A model generated the notes under the pieces. It saw only the letters and a list, made by a program, of their open reading frames with translations. It had not been told where the DNA came from and made no database searches. Below are positions 52,129 to 52,178 of a stretch of 52,178 bases of DNA, piece after piece. This DNA is from Octopus bimaculoides (taxonomy: Eukaryota): the NCBI RefSeq assembly GCF_001194135.2, contig NC_068983.1, forward strand, positions 26,729,259 through 26,781,436, read 5' to 3'. The stretch's first letter is position 1; each line of letters starts with the position of its first letter. The position numbers and the translations under genes are program-made.

Positions 52129-52178
<50 letters not shown>
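52128..52178. repeat. (CA)n(TA)n microsatellite at the window end
   Basis: Direct array. Confidence 0.95.

Overview
This is AT-rich, non-coding eukaryotic DNA packed with microsatellites, interspersed repeats and about 10 N-gaps. The SINE families and simple-repeat load resemble an octopod (Octopus-type) genome; this is an inference from recalled repeat consensus sequences, not a database search. No intact host gene, rRNA, true tRNA or CRISPR array is supported. Every long ORF in the track comes from a microsatellite, an N-gap or a transposon remnant. Recognisable content is at least four tRNA-derived SINE families, decayed CR1-type and R4/Dong-type non-LTR retrotransposons, two mariner transposase remnants, two Tc1/mariner-type MITEs and a decayed Merlin (IS1016-like) transposase. 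The most interesting object is at about 24.26-24.78 kb. It is a tRNA-Thr-like SINE head joined, across a microsatellite, to a tail that folds as a minimal type I hammerhead ribozyme of the kind found in Penelope-like elements, with an inverted copy of that tail placed upstream. This suggests a Penelope-dependent, ribozyme-bearing SINE. Other notable items are a 222-bp inverted duplication inserted into a SINE without a target-site duplication, fold-back SINE pairs that are potential ADAR substrates, and a 3' tail shared between a LINE and a SINE. All alignments and mismatch counts were done by eye.
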